Part shown: positions 30,060-43,441 of the stretch, piece by piece
Numbering within the stretch: the stretch's first letter is position 1
How the letters are laid out: each line of letters opens with the position of its first letter
Assembly (NCBI RefSeq): GCF_009914755.1
Contig: NC_060926.1
DNA length: 64,000 bases
Origin: the human T2T-CHM13v2.0 reference genome, Homo sapiens
Direction: 5' to 3' (one strand)
Notes under the pieces: model-generated
What the model was told of the DNA's origin: nothing
Seen by the model: only the letters and a program-made list of their open reading frames with translations
The model's database searches: none
Program-made: the position numbers and the translations under genes

Positions 30060-31245
30060 TTTTAAAAATAATTTCAAATTTACAAAAAAAAAAGTTGTAA
30101 GAATATTGCAAAGAACCTTATATACCAATGGTTAACATTTTACTCTATTTTTGTTTTATCATCATCTTTTTTTCATTCCTTCTCTCAGTTATTTGAATAT
30201 TTAAAAATATGTTGCTGGCATGTCCCTTAACCCCTAAATGCCTCTGCATGGAAAACCTAAAAATAATGACATTCACTTACATACCCAGATTGTATTTATC
30301 AGAATGAGGATATTTGACACTAATGTAATACTATTTTCTACACGAAAAAACTTATTAATATTTCATCCATTCATAATAATACTTTTCTTGGCTACTATAT
30401 TTTGTGGTAAAGAATTTTTGTGTCTCTTTGGTTTCCTTTAATATGGAATGATTTCTTGGCCTTTCTTTGTCTTTTATGATACTGACATTTTTTAAGAGTA
30501 CAAAGCTTTTTTTAAAAAAATTCCCTTAATTTGGGTTTGTCTGATGTTTTCTCATAATTACATTCCAGTTATGCATTTTTGACAGGAGTACTCAGAAATG
30601 ACGTGCTCTCAGCACATCATATTAGCAGGCACATGACTGTGACTTAGTCCCATTTCTGGTGATATTAACTTTGATCATTTGCTTAAGGTGATGCCTGCCA
30701 GGCTTCTCCACAATAAAGCTGCTATATTTCCCATTGTAATTAGTGTATATAATTTGTGGGGAGATACTTTGAAATTGTGTAAATGGCCTATTGTCATCAA
30801 ACTTTCCCTACAGCCTTAGTGCCCACTGACAGTTCCTATCTGAATTAAGTGATGAAGGGTGGCTCTTGAATGTGGTGAAGTGTGGCTCTCCAGCTCCATC
30901 ATTCTTTCCACATTTCTCTTCTCCCCCCCTCATTCATTTACTATCAGTAGGGACTCAAGGATTCTTACTTTTCTCATGCATTATAATTCATCACTATCAT
31001 CCTTTATTTTGATGCTTGAATTGTCTCAGGAGGTGGCCAGTGGGCCCTTCCTCCCGGTCCCTATCATTCTTGAAACATTCTCTTTCCTGCACAAGAGATT
31101 TCAGCCTCATTCTGTATTCTCTCTGTCCCAGTCTCTCTGTCCCATGGCCCCAAGGAGCCCTGGTTCCTTTTAGTTGACATGGTTGTTAGAAACCAAGGTC
31201 TGCACACCAAGGGTGCTCATTACTGCTGCTGTGTCATTGCTTCAT
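30060..31245 (-). mobile_element. L1MC4/5-like 3'UTR fragment
   Basis: aatttcaaatttacaaaaaa...tttgggtttgtctgatgttttctcat...ttaactttgatcatttgcttaaggtg...ccaaggagccctggttccttttagt. Confidence 0.75.
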
Positions 31246-32337
31246 GTTTTGTGCCACTCCCTCCTCCCAGGATGTCTTCCCCATCATCTTTCCAGCTAAT
31301 TCTTACTTCCCCTTCAACTCTCCACTCAAATGCTGCCATCTCTGGAAGTCAGCCCTGACTCCCCCATGCTGACTCAGAGCTCTAGGACACCGAGGACACA
31401 GTCCTGTCCTTGCAGCCATGGGGCCACTTAGAATTGCCTGTTGACACCTCTGCCTGCCTGCCTGAGCTGAGCTCCTCTGGGCCAGTATTGTTTCCTATTC
31501 ATGAAGTCTTTGTTAAACCAATTCTAATTCTGGATAAATGTCTGAGGCATACTCAATAGCACCACCACTTCAGCCACATTACAAATACTATTTGGTGTAT
31601 ACAGGTTCCTAGCTCATGTTTAGCCAGGCCTTTGGGTGCATGGAGAATCAGAATGGGGTGGTATCTTCTGGAGACTTGTCTCTCTGACCTCACATCTTTC
31701 TCTTGGCTCCCCAGATGGCCTGCAACTAGCCTTGGGGAGAACCAAACTGCTTACTTTTCACATGTCAACATGATGCTTTCTTTATACATTCAACTGATGA
31801 CAATCATTCCTGTAAGGGCACTTTGCATATTACAGCAACATTGCTCATTCCTGACCAAAGGAGTAAATACGCCTGTGTCTGCTTCTTTGTCCCTGAGCTA
31901 ATTGTTAGGTGAAAAATAAATATATAACAGACAGAATTCCTTTTACAGAATATTAAGATCTGAGATTTTATCCATTCATTCATTCACTCACTTATTAAAC
32001 ATATATATAAGACATCTATTTATTACTATTAGCAATACTTTTTTGAGTAATAGAAAGACAATAAATCATGATTCCTAAAGTCAGGTGGCTGATAGTCTGT
32101 CTGGAGAGATAAAGTATATAAACATAATAACTTAAATACAATAAAGAATGAGATAAATGGTGTAAGATAGAAATAAAGTGTTTGAGAAAAAACTATTTCT
32201 CATTAAGAGGATCTGTTTGTTAAAGAGCCTTGGAAGCACAGACAATAGTGTAAAGATGACTACAAAGTTAAAGGGAAGAGTGATAAATCTATTTTAATTA
32301 ATGGGGAACATTTTAGATAGCCAAAGTGGTCCACTGT

Positions 32338-32718
32338 TGATACGATTTGGCTATGTCCCCACCCAAATCTCATCTTGAATTGTAGTTCCCATAATCCCAA
32401 CATGTCGTGGGAGGGTGATTTAATCATGGTAAGAGGTAATTTAATCATGGGGGCAATTACTCTCAAGCTATTCTTATGATAGTGAATGAGTTCTCATGAG
32501 AGCTGAAGGTTTTATAAGGATCTTCCCCCTTTTGCTCAACACTTCTCCTTGCTGCCGCCATGTGAAGAAGGACGTATTTGCTTCCACTTCTGCCATGATT
32601 GTAAGTTTCCTAAGGCCTCCCCAACCTGCAGAACTGTGAGTCAATTAAACCTCTTTCCTTTATGAATTACCCAGACTCAAGTATGTCTTTATTAGCAGCC
32701 TGAGAATGGACTAATACA
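32338..32718 (+). mobile_element. THE1 (THE1C-like) solo LTR
   Basis: tgatacgatttggctatgtccccacccaaatctc...ggactaataca; exact TSD actgt at 32333-32337 and 32719-32723. Confidence 0.93.
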
Positions 32719-34444
32719 ACTGTCTGTTACCGTTCCTTTAAGCAATGATGCAAGTAGCTCTCTTGTTCATTACGTTCAGCCACAACACTCATGCCCATCA
32801 TGGCTCAACACTAACCATGGCTCAGGTAGGTGGGAGAGAATGGCTGCAAATCCCCTGGGAGCAGGAGGGAAGGTGGAGGGAGAAGGTGTAGCTTGAAAAA
32901 GAACCCTTCCCTCAATATTCTAACATATCTCCCTACTGAAACAATCTTAGAAGTAAATTGTCTGACTTTTTTAAGACCTGAAATAAGAACATCAATTTGC
33001 TCCCAAAAGCCTGAGAGAAGTGATTCCTACAACCTTGATATAACTTGCAAAGTTAAGCATTGAAAACAACTTCATAAGATAAACGTATTTTATAAGCTTA
33101 ATTTCTGAGTCAACACCTATATAAAAACCATGTGTATTTTTCTGAAATGGCATTAAATATATAACCTTAAAAATAGCAAGAAATCACTAAATCTCTAAAA
33201 AACTAACAAATAAATAGGTATGTTACATTACCAGCCCCTAATGAGGACTGATAGATAAATAAAACAGTAGACTAACAAAAATAATAGAAAAAAACACGCA
33301 CTGATTTTTTGCTTTTGGTTTGATATGGCTGCTTAAAAGTAATTTGCATTGTAAATATCTTGTTTCTGCATTAAGTGTATGCTTTTTGCCACTGTGGCAT
33401 CTCTTTGCTCACCTCCGCATACTGGGGCTAAGGTGAGTTCTTCCACCTCTTTGTTTACTTGCCTTGCTCTGTTGAATAATTCACTGCTTGATGCAGGAGT
33501 TTCCAGGGGCTGCAGAGCAGAACTCAAAGCTGGTGGAGGTTGTGAAGCCCAGGAGTGGCAACTTTTTGCCTTTAATTAAAGTTCCTGCCCAGCTGATCCC
33601 ATGCCCCAGCCAGGGAAGCAGTCTCTCTCTGACATTCTACATGAACACAAACAGCTTTACAAGCCAAGGAGCTGACTCCTTCACCCCACCAAACTCCTGC
33701 CTCTGCTAGCCTCCTGCAGTGTGAAACACCTTATAAATTAGAACAATTTATGGGGAATCATGTTGACAGACAGCAAAGGCTGTCAAAAGCAAAAAAAAAA
33801 AAAAAAAAAAAATCATGCAGGGTATGTTCCATCTCCAGCCTCACTGACTGAACATGCAAAATGGAGAATATTAAGTGACATTTGAGAATGCACCTTTTAC
33901 ATCTCACCTAAACCCATAAGAATGCACTGGAATGTCTGCATCTCTCACCTGGACAGGTGAGTCAGAGAGCCATCAAATGCATATTTCAGACACTTTCAGC
34001 ACCAGAGTTTAAAATCACACTTCCATAGAACATTCCTCACATGCTAGCTCAGTACTAATGCCTGTACTGGGGACGCAAAGCTGAGTCCCACAGACAGCCC
34101 TCTCCTGGAGGAACTCACAGACAGTGGGGGAAGAGAAAAGAAAGTAGATGAGGACCAAACACTGGGGTAAAGGATGGGAACAGAGAAGTATAGGGGAGGT
34201 CTTGAGGACACAGAGCCTCTTTCCCACGGAGTCAGATCATACTGAGTGAGTGGAACATTCTGTGCAGGGGAGACAGCCCCAGTAAAGGCCTAGGAGTGAG
34301 AAACGGCCTGACTAGGGAGAGAATAGAGTATGTACATTTCAGTGTTGTTGGGGCCCAGAGTTCAAGACAGGGAGAGGAGAGAGCTGAGGCTGAAGAAAGA
34401 GCTTGTGGCCAGATCCTGGACAACCTCTTATGTCAGGCTAAGGA

Positions 34445-36290
34445 CCGTACTCGTCAGAGGGGGAAAGCAGCAGTCAGAAGACCCCAGTGCACAGAGATCC
34501 ATGGTGTTGGTTGGTTGATCACAGTGTCCCTGGAAGAGAAACTGATGGGCAGCCTACTAAATTCTTACTTCATCTGTGTCATCAGAAGAACTCTAGGTCC
34601 AGTGAATAGATTCTGATTTGAATTACCAAAACAGAAAATTTCCCCAATCAACCAACTCCCAGACAAGCCAAGTTACAGATGCAGAGCCCCCTGAATACAA
34701 GGGAGGCCAGGTCCCCTTGAGGAAGGACCCCCACTATACTGCCCAAAATTTACACTATTAATCTTTTGCCCAGCCTTCCCCAAAGGAGCTTATGGCCATA
34801 TACCAGGGTGACTGTGAATTGGGGGAAAGGAAATAATTAGACCTTTTGGGAACTACTGGACACTGGCTCTGAATTGACATTGATTCCAAGAGACCCCAGA
34901 CATCACTGTGACCCACGAGTCAGCATAGGGGCTTAAGGAGGCTGTGTGGTCAATGGAGTTTTAGCTTAGTTCCATCTTACAGTGGGTCCTGGGGGTCCCC
35001 ACATGCATCCTGCTGTTACTTCCCCAGTTCTGGAGTTCATCATTGCCACAGACATACTCAGCAGCAGGCAGAATCCCTGCATTGGTCCCCTGGTCTGTGG
35101 AGTGAGGGCTATGATGGTGAGAAAGACAAAGTAGAAGCCACTATAATTGCCTTTATCTACAAAAATAGTAAACCAAAATCAATTCCACACTCCTGGAGAG
35201 AAGGACTTGGAATATGCAGGGGTGGTGATTCCCACCACATCCCCATTCAACGTGCCCATCCGGCCTGTGCAGAAGACAGATGGATCTTGGAGAATGACAG
35301 TGGATTATCATAAGCTTAACCAGGTGGCGACTCCAATTGTAGCTGCTGTTCCAGATGTGGCTTCGTTTCTTAGACAAATTAACACATCCCCTGGTACCTG
35401 CTCTGCAGCCATTGATCTGGTGAGTACTTTCTTTTCCCTGTTTACCTATTAGTAAAGACCACAGAAGCAGTCTGCTTTCAGTTGCCCAGATCTGTCTCAG
35501 GGGCATATCTCAGGAGTATAGCAACTCTCCACCCTTCTCTCATAGTTTAGTCTGCAGGGATTTTGATCACTCTTCTCTTCCAAAAGAGTCCATGAAATTG
35601 ATGACGGGATGCTGACGAGTGAGCAAGATGCAGCAACTACTGCAGACATGTTGATAAAACATCTATGTGCTAGAGGCTGGGAAATAAATCCCACAAAAAT
35701 TCAGGGTCCTTCCACTTCATCAAAACTTGTAGGGACCCAGTGTTCTAGGGCATATTGAGATATGTCTGCTAGTGTAAAGGACACAGTACTGCACCTGGCC
35801 CCTCCCACAACCAAACGAAGGGCACAGCACCCATGGGATGGTGGAGGACTTGGATTTTAGCAGCAACATATTCCTCATTTGGGTGTTCTACTCCAGCCTG
35901 TTTCCTGAGAACCCTGAAAAGCTGTTCATTTTGAATGGGGCATAAAACAAGAAAGAACACTCTGCAATGGGTCCAGACTGCTATGAAAGTTCATCTGCCA
36001 CTTGGGCCACTGAATCCAGCATGAAGTGGCAGTGACAGGGACACTGTTCGGGGCCTGCAGCAGGCTCCTATACGTGAATCATAGTCCAGGATTCCAGAGT
36101 AAAACTGAGCCGTCCTCTGCAGATAACTACTCTCCTTTTGAGAAAGAGCTCTTGGCTGCTACTGGGTCTTAGTGAAGAGGCCAAGTTTCCATGCAACCTT
36201 AGCCCCCCATCATGAGTGGGATGTTGTCTTGCCCATCAAGCTCTAATGTTGTACATGCACAGCAGGATTCCATCATCAACTGGAAGTGGC
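34445..36290 (+). mobile_element. ERV-L internal fragment (gag end, protease, RT, tether/RNase H), decayed
   Basis: LLDTGSELTLIP aspartyl-protease motif at 34853-34888; ORF 35147-35452 PTTSPFN..PVQKTDGSWRMTVDYHKLNQV is ERV-L RT; many stops. Confidence 0.9.
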
Positions 36291-37184
36291 ACCTCACCTG
36301 CCTCACCCTCATCCCAGCCTGCTCAAACCCAAGGCCCCCTGCAACAGCCTGAGTATCAAAGGTGGGGTTTGAAATCCTTCCTGATATCAAACAGTAAAGA
36401 CCAGAGGCACTTTAACTCAGCCTGACTCTAAACGTCCTACACAAAAAGAAGCACCTGCCCCTGAAACCAGACCAGGCTCCTGGAGAGGAATGACTAGGCC
36501 GCTGTCATGGAGGCTCTGGGCATGGACAGCTGCACAGAAGCCAAGGGCATAGTGGGCCGAGTTCATGCTTAGGGGGCACATTCCATTTTTCTTGCTCACA
36601 TGTGTGGACACGGGAATTTGCAGGCCCCATTAATGACAGATTACTACAGAAAAACTGAAATGCTTGTGCTTCTGGGAGTTTGCCCCATTCTTCGTGGCAC
36701 TCCCTGCATAAGTGATTTAATGCTGTGGCTGGGAGGCACTCAGAATAATATATTAATTTATTGGCATTTAGATTTATGGGCTTCAAGACATGCTAACTGA
36801 ATATAATTAAAATTACCCAACCTGACCCTTGCTGTCCTTCAGGCTGTAAGACAGTTGAGAGAATTTATACTTCTCTGCAAACTTGGGAGTGCCTTGGAAT
36901 CAGCCCAGTTTCGGGGTGACTGTGCTTCTTCATTCAGTCAAGGGAAGAAGGGAATAGCAGATATTAGCCACATTTTAAAGCCCTTATTCCAGTTTCAGAG
37001 GCATTTTTCTGGCTTACTATATAGATTTGATAACATAGTAGTCTCTTAAAGATTGCTGGGGAGGCAGTGACAAAAAAAGAAAAGGATTAATCAAAAGACA
37101 GTTAAGCTGGCTAAAAGCAACTGGGTCACAGGGCTTCTGAGCCCAGTCTCCAACCACATAAGCAGCAGCTACTGAAAGCCCAGC

Positions 37185-37280
37185 ATATATGTGTATCAGA
37201 TCCTCAAGTTGGACAACTTAAACCCATGTGATGTTTAACTATCAACTATATCTCAGTAAAGTTGGGGAAAAATAAAAGAA
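37185..37280 (+). mobile_element. L1M 3'-terminal fragment
   Basis: tcaagttggacaacttaaac...tcaactatatctcagtaaagttggggaaaaataaaa. Confidence 0.6.
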
Positions 37281-38277
37281 AATTAATTTACCATGTTTTT
37301 TTAAAAAACAAGTGAAAGCATACATTAAAGGCCCCACCCCCTCCAAAAAAAAGTTTCTCCAACAGCAACCAAAGGAAGAGCAGGCCACAAGCTGGTGCTC
37401 TACACACCCAGACAGGAAGCCGCCCACCTCACCGAGGCTAACCTGCCCCACCCCAAAGAACACACTGGCAAGTCTGAAAAACGCTGAGCATTCTCACGAG
37501 CACCCTCAAGCCGAGTGAAGAAAACTGGAGTTGAAGGAGTGGGGGTCTTGTCCTTTCTTACTGAAAAAAATGGAAGTGGTTGCTGGCTACTGGGACATGA
37601 GTAAAGGTCTAACCCTCCCCTAACCCCACCTCTAGTAATGGGGAACAGGTTCATGCAGGTGTTTTTCCCAGTGTCAACACTTCAGCCATCTGAGGCAAGC
37701 CCCAGCCCAGGGCTCTCAGAGCCTGTACCCTATCCATCCCTGTGCCATGCCCTCAGGCTGCAGTAATCCAGTGAAACAGAGGCTCTCAAGGGGGAAGTAA
37801 GGTGCCTCAGACAAAGAAGAAAGTCACCACAGTGTTGAGTGGAGCAGACAGAAGCTCTGGACAATGCTGCCTGAGCAGAAGGCAAGATTAAAAAAAAAAA
37901 AAAGATTCACTTACACAAAGGAGCACAGATATGCACAGTATACACTAACACACACACACGTACACACACACTAACAATGAAGAAAAGGGAAAGAGCATTC
38001 AAGAACAAAGAACCCTACCTAGAAGAAAACATCACTCAAGGAGTGAAAAGAAATGTTCCAGAATTGCTTTAAAGTACAACTTAAAAGGGTGTAAAGTCAA
38101 TAACAAGAGAGCTCAGTGACAGAATGATAAAACAGAACGAAGTGAAAAAACATTATAGACATACAGAAGCAAATTAATATCAAAACATCATTACAGATAA
38201 CACATTAGAAACAGCAAGAAACAGAATAAACACTACTGAAAATAATTGCTTTTCTGCAGGAAAAGCTTCAGGAAATG

Positions 38278-38690
38278 TTTACTGAACAACACATACAGCA
38301 CACTTACTGCATGCCAGTACTGTTCTAAGCACTTTACTAACTATTAATCCTCATAATAATCCTGAGGTAAGGACAAGTATTAACTGCATTTTACAAAGGA
38401 CAAAAACAAGAAACTGAGAGGTTAAGTATCTTCCCAAGGTCACACAGCTAATATGTGGCAGTCTGGCTCCAGAGTCCTTGCAATGAACCATTTCACTATG
38501 ACGAGTAATAATAATGTTAAAAATCCATAATAATAAAAATCACAACCACTTTTCCACGACTTGCTCTGGTCTGAGCACTGTTTCTTAAGAGCTTTACATA
38601 TATTAAGTCTTTTAATCCTAGGAGCTGTCCTGAGATAGGTATATTATTCCAACTTTATATGAGGCAGCAGGCTCAGTGAGGTTAAGTGAC
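38278..38690 (-). mobile_element. Two consecutive MIR SINEs
   Basis: actgttctaagcactttac...gaggttaagtatcttcccaaggtcacacagcta; second copy ending ggctcagtgaggttaagtgact. Confidence 0.8.
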
Positions 38691-38736
38691 TGGATAATGA
38701 ACGTAGATGAAGAAAGGAAAGAGAGCAGAAAAGATA

Positions 38737-39428
38737 CAGTAGTTTTCCTTTCTCTGAGGTTTCCATTACCTCTGATCAACTACAGTCTAAAAATATTAAA
38801 TTGAAAATTTTAGGAATGATCAATTCATAAGTTTTAAACTGTGCACTGTTCTGAACAGCAGCAATGAAATCCCACCAACCCACTCCATCCCATTTGGGAC
38901 ATGAATCATCTCCTTGGTCTCATGCATCTGTGTTGTATATATGACCTGCCCATTAGTTACTCACTAGCCATCCCAGTTATCAGATCAAAAAAACACAGCA
39001 CAGTTGGCCTTCCATATCCATGGGTTCCACATCTGTGGATTCAACCAACTGTAGATAGTTGATTGATACACACGAAGTGGATGGTTGCAGCTGTACTGAA
39101 CACATACATACTTTTTTCTTCTCATCATTCCCTACACAATATAGTCCAGCAACTATTTACACAGCATTTACTTTATATTAGGTATCATAAGTAATCTAGA
39201 ATTGATTTAAAGTATAAAGAGGATGTTTGTAGATTACACTCCAATACTATGCCATTTTGTTTAAGGGGCTTGAGAATCCTCAAATTTTGGTATTCAGGGG
39301 AATCCTGAAACCAATCCCCCGTGGATACGGAGGGGATGACTATATACATAGGATTTGGTACTATCCTCGGTTTCAGGCATCCATTGGGGGCCTTGGAATG
39401 TATCTCCTGTGGATAAAGGACACTACTA
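38737..39428 (+). mobile_element. MER44A-like TcMar-Tigger MITE split by MER2
   Basis: cagtagt...aaaatattaaattgaaaatt...ttatcagatcaaaaaaaca, resuming ggatttggtactatcctcggtttcaggcatccattggggg...ggataaaggacactact. Confidence 0.8.
39001..39342. mobile_element. MER2 TcMar-Tigger MITE
   Basis: TIRs cagttggccttccatatccatggg ... ccccgtggatacggaggggatgacta; internal ttaggtatcataagtaatctaga. Confidence 0.85.
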
Positions 39429-39773
39429 TAGCAGCGAGCGGAAACAGACAATAGGAATGAAAGCCTGTCCTAACACTTGCAATGGATAATGTCTTCTTTT
39501 CAAAGTTTCTGAAATTGCGGAGAAAAAAATAGTCTGTAGATTAAAAGAATGCACATTCTAATCGGGGAAATTTTTATATAAAGCACATAATACTGAAATG
39601 TCTTATTTCCTAGATAACTATTAAAATTAAAGAATAAGGAAAGAATTTTCCAGCCATTCTGACAGACAATAAATAACCTAAAAAGGTAAAAAGCATATAT
39701 ATGAATCCACAGCAATAGCAATGTCAAAGACAAGGGAGTATTGTCTACAAGTCCTGAAGGAAATAGCAGATCA

Positions 39774-40244
39774 TAATATCCAGCCAAGATGCCATCGAAG
39801 CATAGAAACCAAGATGACTTTTAATATCACTTAGGCAATTGGTAAACTTATGCAAGCATGAAAAAAAAAGAAGCTCAGAGATTACCAAATCCAGTAGTCT
39901 TTCCCTGAAGCAGTACTTTGCAAAAAAAAAAAAAAAAAAATCTAGACGTAAAAGGAATCAAAATAAAATCCAAGGATGAAGAAATGATTATTTAAAAAAT
40001 GGTGGTGGGCGTAATATCCAGCCAAGATGCCATCTAAGTATAGAAACCAAGATGACTTTTAATGTCACTTAGGCAATAGATCAATTTATGCAGGCATGAA
40101 ATAAGAAGCTCAGAGATTACCAAATCCAGTAGTCTTTCCCTGAAACAGTATTTTGCAAAAAGAAAAAAAAAATCTAGACAAAAGAGGAATCAAAATAAAA
40201 ACTCAGGGATGAAGAAATGAGATTTTAAAAAAATGGTGGTGAGC
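39774..40244 (+). repeat. Direct tandem duplication, two ~235-bp copies
   Basis: taatatccagccaagatgccatc...aaaaaatggtggtg at 39774-40011 and again at 40012-40244. Confidence 0.95.
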
Positions 40245-43084
40245 AGTGAATCTGTTTACATCTATAACTAATATGGAACAAATATAGGAACCCTGTTTAT
40301 ATAACAGAATATGGATGTTGTATGTCCAGATCAAATAAAACACAAATAACAATGAAAAGTTGGTCAGAGGTTATACAGGGGAAAAATGTAAATGGCACTG
40401 ATACTCTCATCTTCCATAAATGGGAGTCAATCAATACTGTATAAAATTGACTAGCTAAAAATGTCTTCAACCTTGTAGTGATTTAATAATCTCTCTCCCT
40501 TTTAAACGTGACAGGATCTCGCTTATTTTGTTGCCTCTGATAGCCTTTGTCTAGACCTGGGTAGCAATAAATAATAATGAAACAAGCCATCATCTATGGC
40601 GTGCTCATTTTGCATCAGGCTCTGCAGCAAGCCTTGCAGATGCCCACCAAGCCTGGGGTCTGAAGGATGTCAGAGGGGTCTGAGTCTGAGTGGGTGGTGG
40701 AATAGCCCAAGAGGTCTGAGGCCACTACTGGGCTTCCAAGCACTGTGCTCACTTTGCTCCTAACCAAGCTGATCAGCTGGCAGCAGCTAGGAGTTCCATT
40801 CAAGATCAGGCATCACAGAACAGGGACAAAGCAAACTGGCAATGGCCATGGCATCAAGGAGTTGGTCCTGCTGGGTCAACTCCTGTTCACTCACCTGGGA
40901 AGAAGGCAGTACATTTCAAAAATATTTCTATATGAAATTATTACACAGTGTGAGATTGTAAGTGCAAAAGCAAGGTAGAAAGTGCATTTTAAAAATTCTA
41001 ATGGCAAGCACTGTTTGTATTTAAAGAAATGATTCAACATAAAACGTAGAGTGAAGGCTGCTCTCCAGATACCCGGTGAAGCTCAAACAGTGCTTGCTGA
41101 GCTGCCAGGCTGTGGAATTGGGGGGTGGGGTAAACCAAGTTTACTTTCATCTCCAAGGCCACAAAGACCACAAAGGCCACAAAGATGTCAATCTGGGATG
41201 TAACTCAAAAAATATGGAAGGTATGTTTTTATAAAAAAAATCTTTTCTATAATTGGACATAATTTCTATTTCAAGCCCCAATTCTGCTGATTCCAGAAAA
41301 TTTAATCACATGCATTTCATGTGCATGATACTCTTTTCCTCTAGTGCGTTCAGTTTTCTTCCCAAGTTTCTCACCAGGGTGGTATCCGAGCTCTGAAGGA
41401 CTTCATAGGGAGGGTGTCTGGTCCTTGGCCATGGCCTGTGGTGCTCCTGGGAGCTGCTGAGATGACCAGCACTCCATTGTTGTCTCTGGTCTCCACTGTC
41501 TAAGAGGTTGTTCTCCTACAGAGGCTCCAGGCTCCCCTCTGGGCACTGTTCTCTCGCCAGCAAGTACTCCTCTCAGAAGCCTGAAAGTCTGCAGATGCTC
41601 TCCTGCCCCAGTCTGGGACATTCCAAGGTTTTCTCATTTATCTCACTGCCCGGTCCATTCTACTATGTCAGGCCAGGGGTGGTGGGAAGACAGGGGGCTC
41701 AAGGAATTTTCTGCTTCCCTGAGCCTCTTCCCACTCCAATCCCAAGGAAGGAAGCAAAGTCCTTCTCTACCCAGAGATGCCCAATCCACCCGAAGTGGCT
41801 CTGTTGTTCCTCCACACATAGGAACCTACAGGCAAGCACTGCTTCCTTTGGTCCCCCCAGGGAAAGTCCAAAATGTTTCAGCGTCAAAGTCTAAATTGAA
41901 AAGCAGTTGGGTTAAAAGAGGAATTACCAAGAACAAAATTCACACTGTTACTATATCAAAATACTGCCAGCCCCTTGGATACAATGTATATGACTGCAGA
42001 CAGCACAACCACACACAGAAAGAGATGCATCTCTGTGACGAGAGGGATAAGCTGCGATTTTCTGGAAAATCTCCTCATACCTTCCCCAGCCCGCTACTCC
42101 TCCCCTCTGCAGGATCCTCTAGGCTTCGCTGGCCTCCCTGATGTGGATCCCTGGACTCTGCAGAGCTCAGCTCCCTGCAGCTCTGAGCGCTCTGATGTGA
42201 CGGCCTTGGGAGGGAGTATAGGCGGAGTGCCCAGTGCTGTGATCCACATGGGGATCCTAGGTCTGTGCCCCACCCCAGAGGAGGACACAGCAAGCCAGCG
42301 TGGTGTCTGTGAGGACCCCCAACCCCAGTGCCTATGCCAGGAACAGCCCCCGATAGCAGGACCTAGAGCCAGCAGCTTCTACGCAGGTGGAAACTGCTGG
42401 ACACTTAAGATCGAAATCACGTTTGAGTCAACTGGCCCAAGTGTTCAACATCTAACATTAAGAGACAGCAGGGCTCAGTGACTCTACCCCCATCTTGTGA
42501 TGTTGGTTTCACATGATTACCCACCTTCCCTGGCATCATCTCCACACTGGCGAGTGACTAGCGTATGGAAAATTCAATGAAAACATCCCCCTCTGCAGCA
42601 GTTGCTGCTCCTCCATTGCTTGCTCTTGTGTGCTCTCTCTCTCTCTCTCCCTCTCTCTCTTCTTTCCTCTCTCACTCTCTCATCTCAACAATTGGTGTCT
42701 TCTTTTATAAACAGGGATAGCAATAGCCCCATGCCCACTTGGGAAGGAAGCCCCCTCCCCAGGGGCAGTAGCACAAGAGGAGGCACCTCCTGGGGGCTCC
42801 AGAGTGTTTTCTCTGGGACAGCAATGCAAGGGAAGACTCAGAGGAAACACACACAGAGCTGGAGTCATGGGTGGGCTCCGATCCCAGCCTATCTGGAAAT
42901 TTGCTCTGTCTCCTTACGGAGTTTCACTTGGCAAAACCTTGGGTTGCTTCTGACCACATCTCCTCTTAGGGTTGTGGAGGCTCAGATGGAGGACAAGTAT
43001 GCACTTGGCACAATGCCGTGAGCACAGTACTGCTGGGAACCTCCGTGCCCACCCCCTTACCCAGCCTTTTTGTTCTGAAGAAGA

Positions 43085-43441
43085 TGTATTAGTCTGTTCT
43101 CATGCTGCTATGAAGAAATACCCAAGACTGGGTAATTTATAAAGAAACAAGGTTTAATTGACTCACAGTTTTGCATGCCTGAGGAGTCCTCAGGAAACTT
43201 ACAATCATGGTGGAAGGAACCTCTTCCCAGGGTGGCAGGAGACAGAATGAGTACCAAGTGAAGGAGGAAGCCCCTTATGAAATCATCAGATCTCATGAGA
43301 ACTCACTCACTGTCATCAGAACAGTATGGGGGAAACCGACCCCATGATTCAATTATCTTCACCTCGTCCCGCCCTTGACACGTGGGGATTATTACAATTA
43401 AAGGTGAGATTTGGGTGGGGACACAGAGCCAAACCATTTCA
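43085..43441 (-). mobile_element. THE1D-like solo LTR
   Basis: tgtattagtctgttctcatgctgct...gcccttgacacgtggggattattacaatt...gagccaaaccatttca; TSD gaaga / gagga. Confidence 0.92.

Larger units (their letters stand above)
37800..40490 (+). mobile_element. HAL1/L1-ORF1-like fossil interrupted by MIRs, MER44A and MER2
   Basis: A-rich ORF1-like text (acattagaaacagcaagaaacagaataaacactactgaaaat; ataatatccagccaagatgccatc). Confidence 0.55.

Noticed and set aside
33330-33965. Isolated AG|gtgagt donors at ~33433 and ~33957
   Set aside because: No convincing acceptor or reading frame; 6-mers occur by chance
35147-35452. RT-like ORF as a functional or domesticated gene
   Set aside because: Short, surrounded by stops and deletions, no intact YxDD; decayed ERV-L pol
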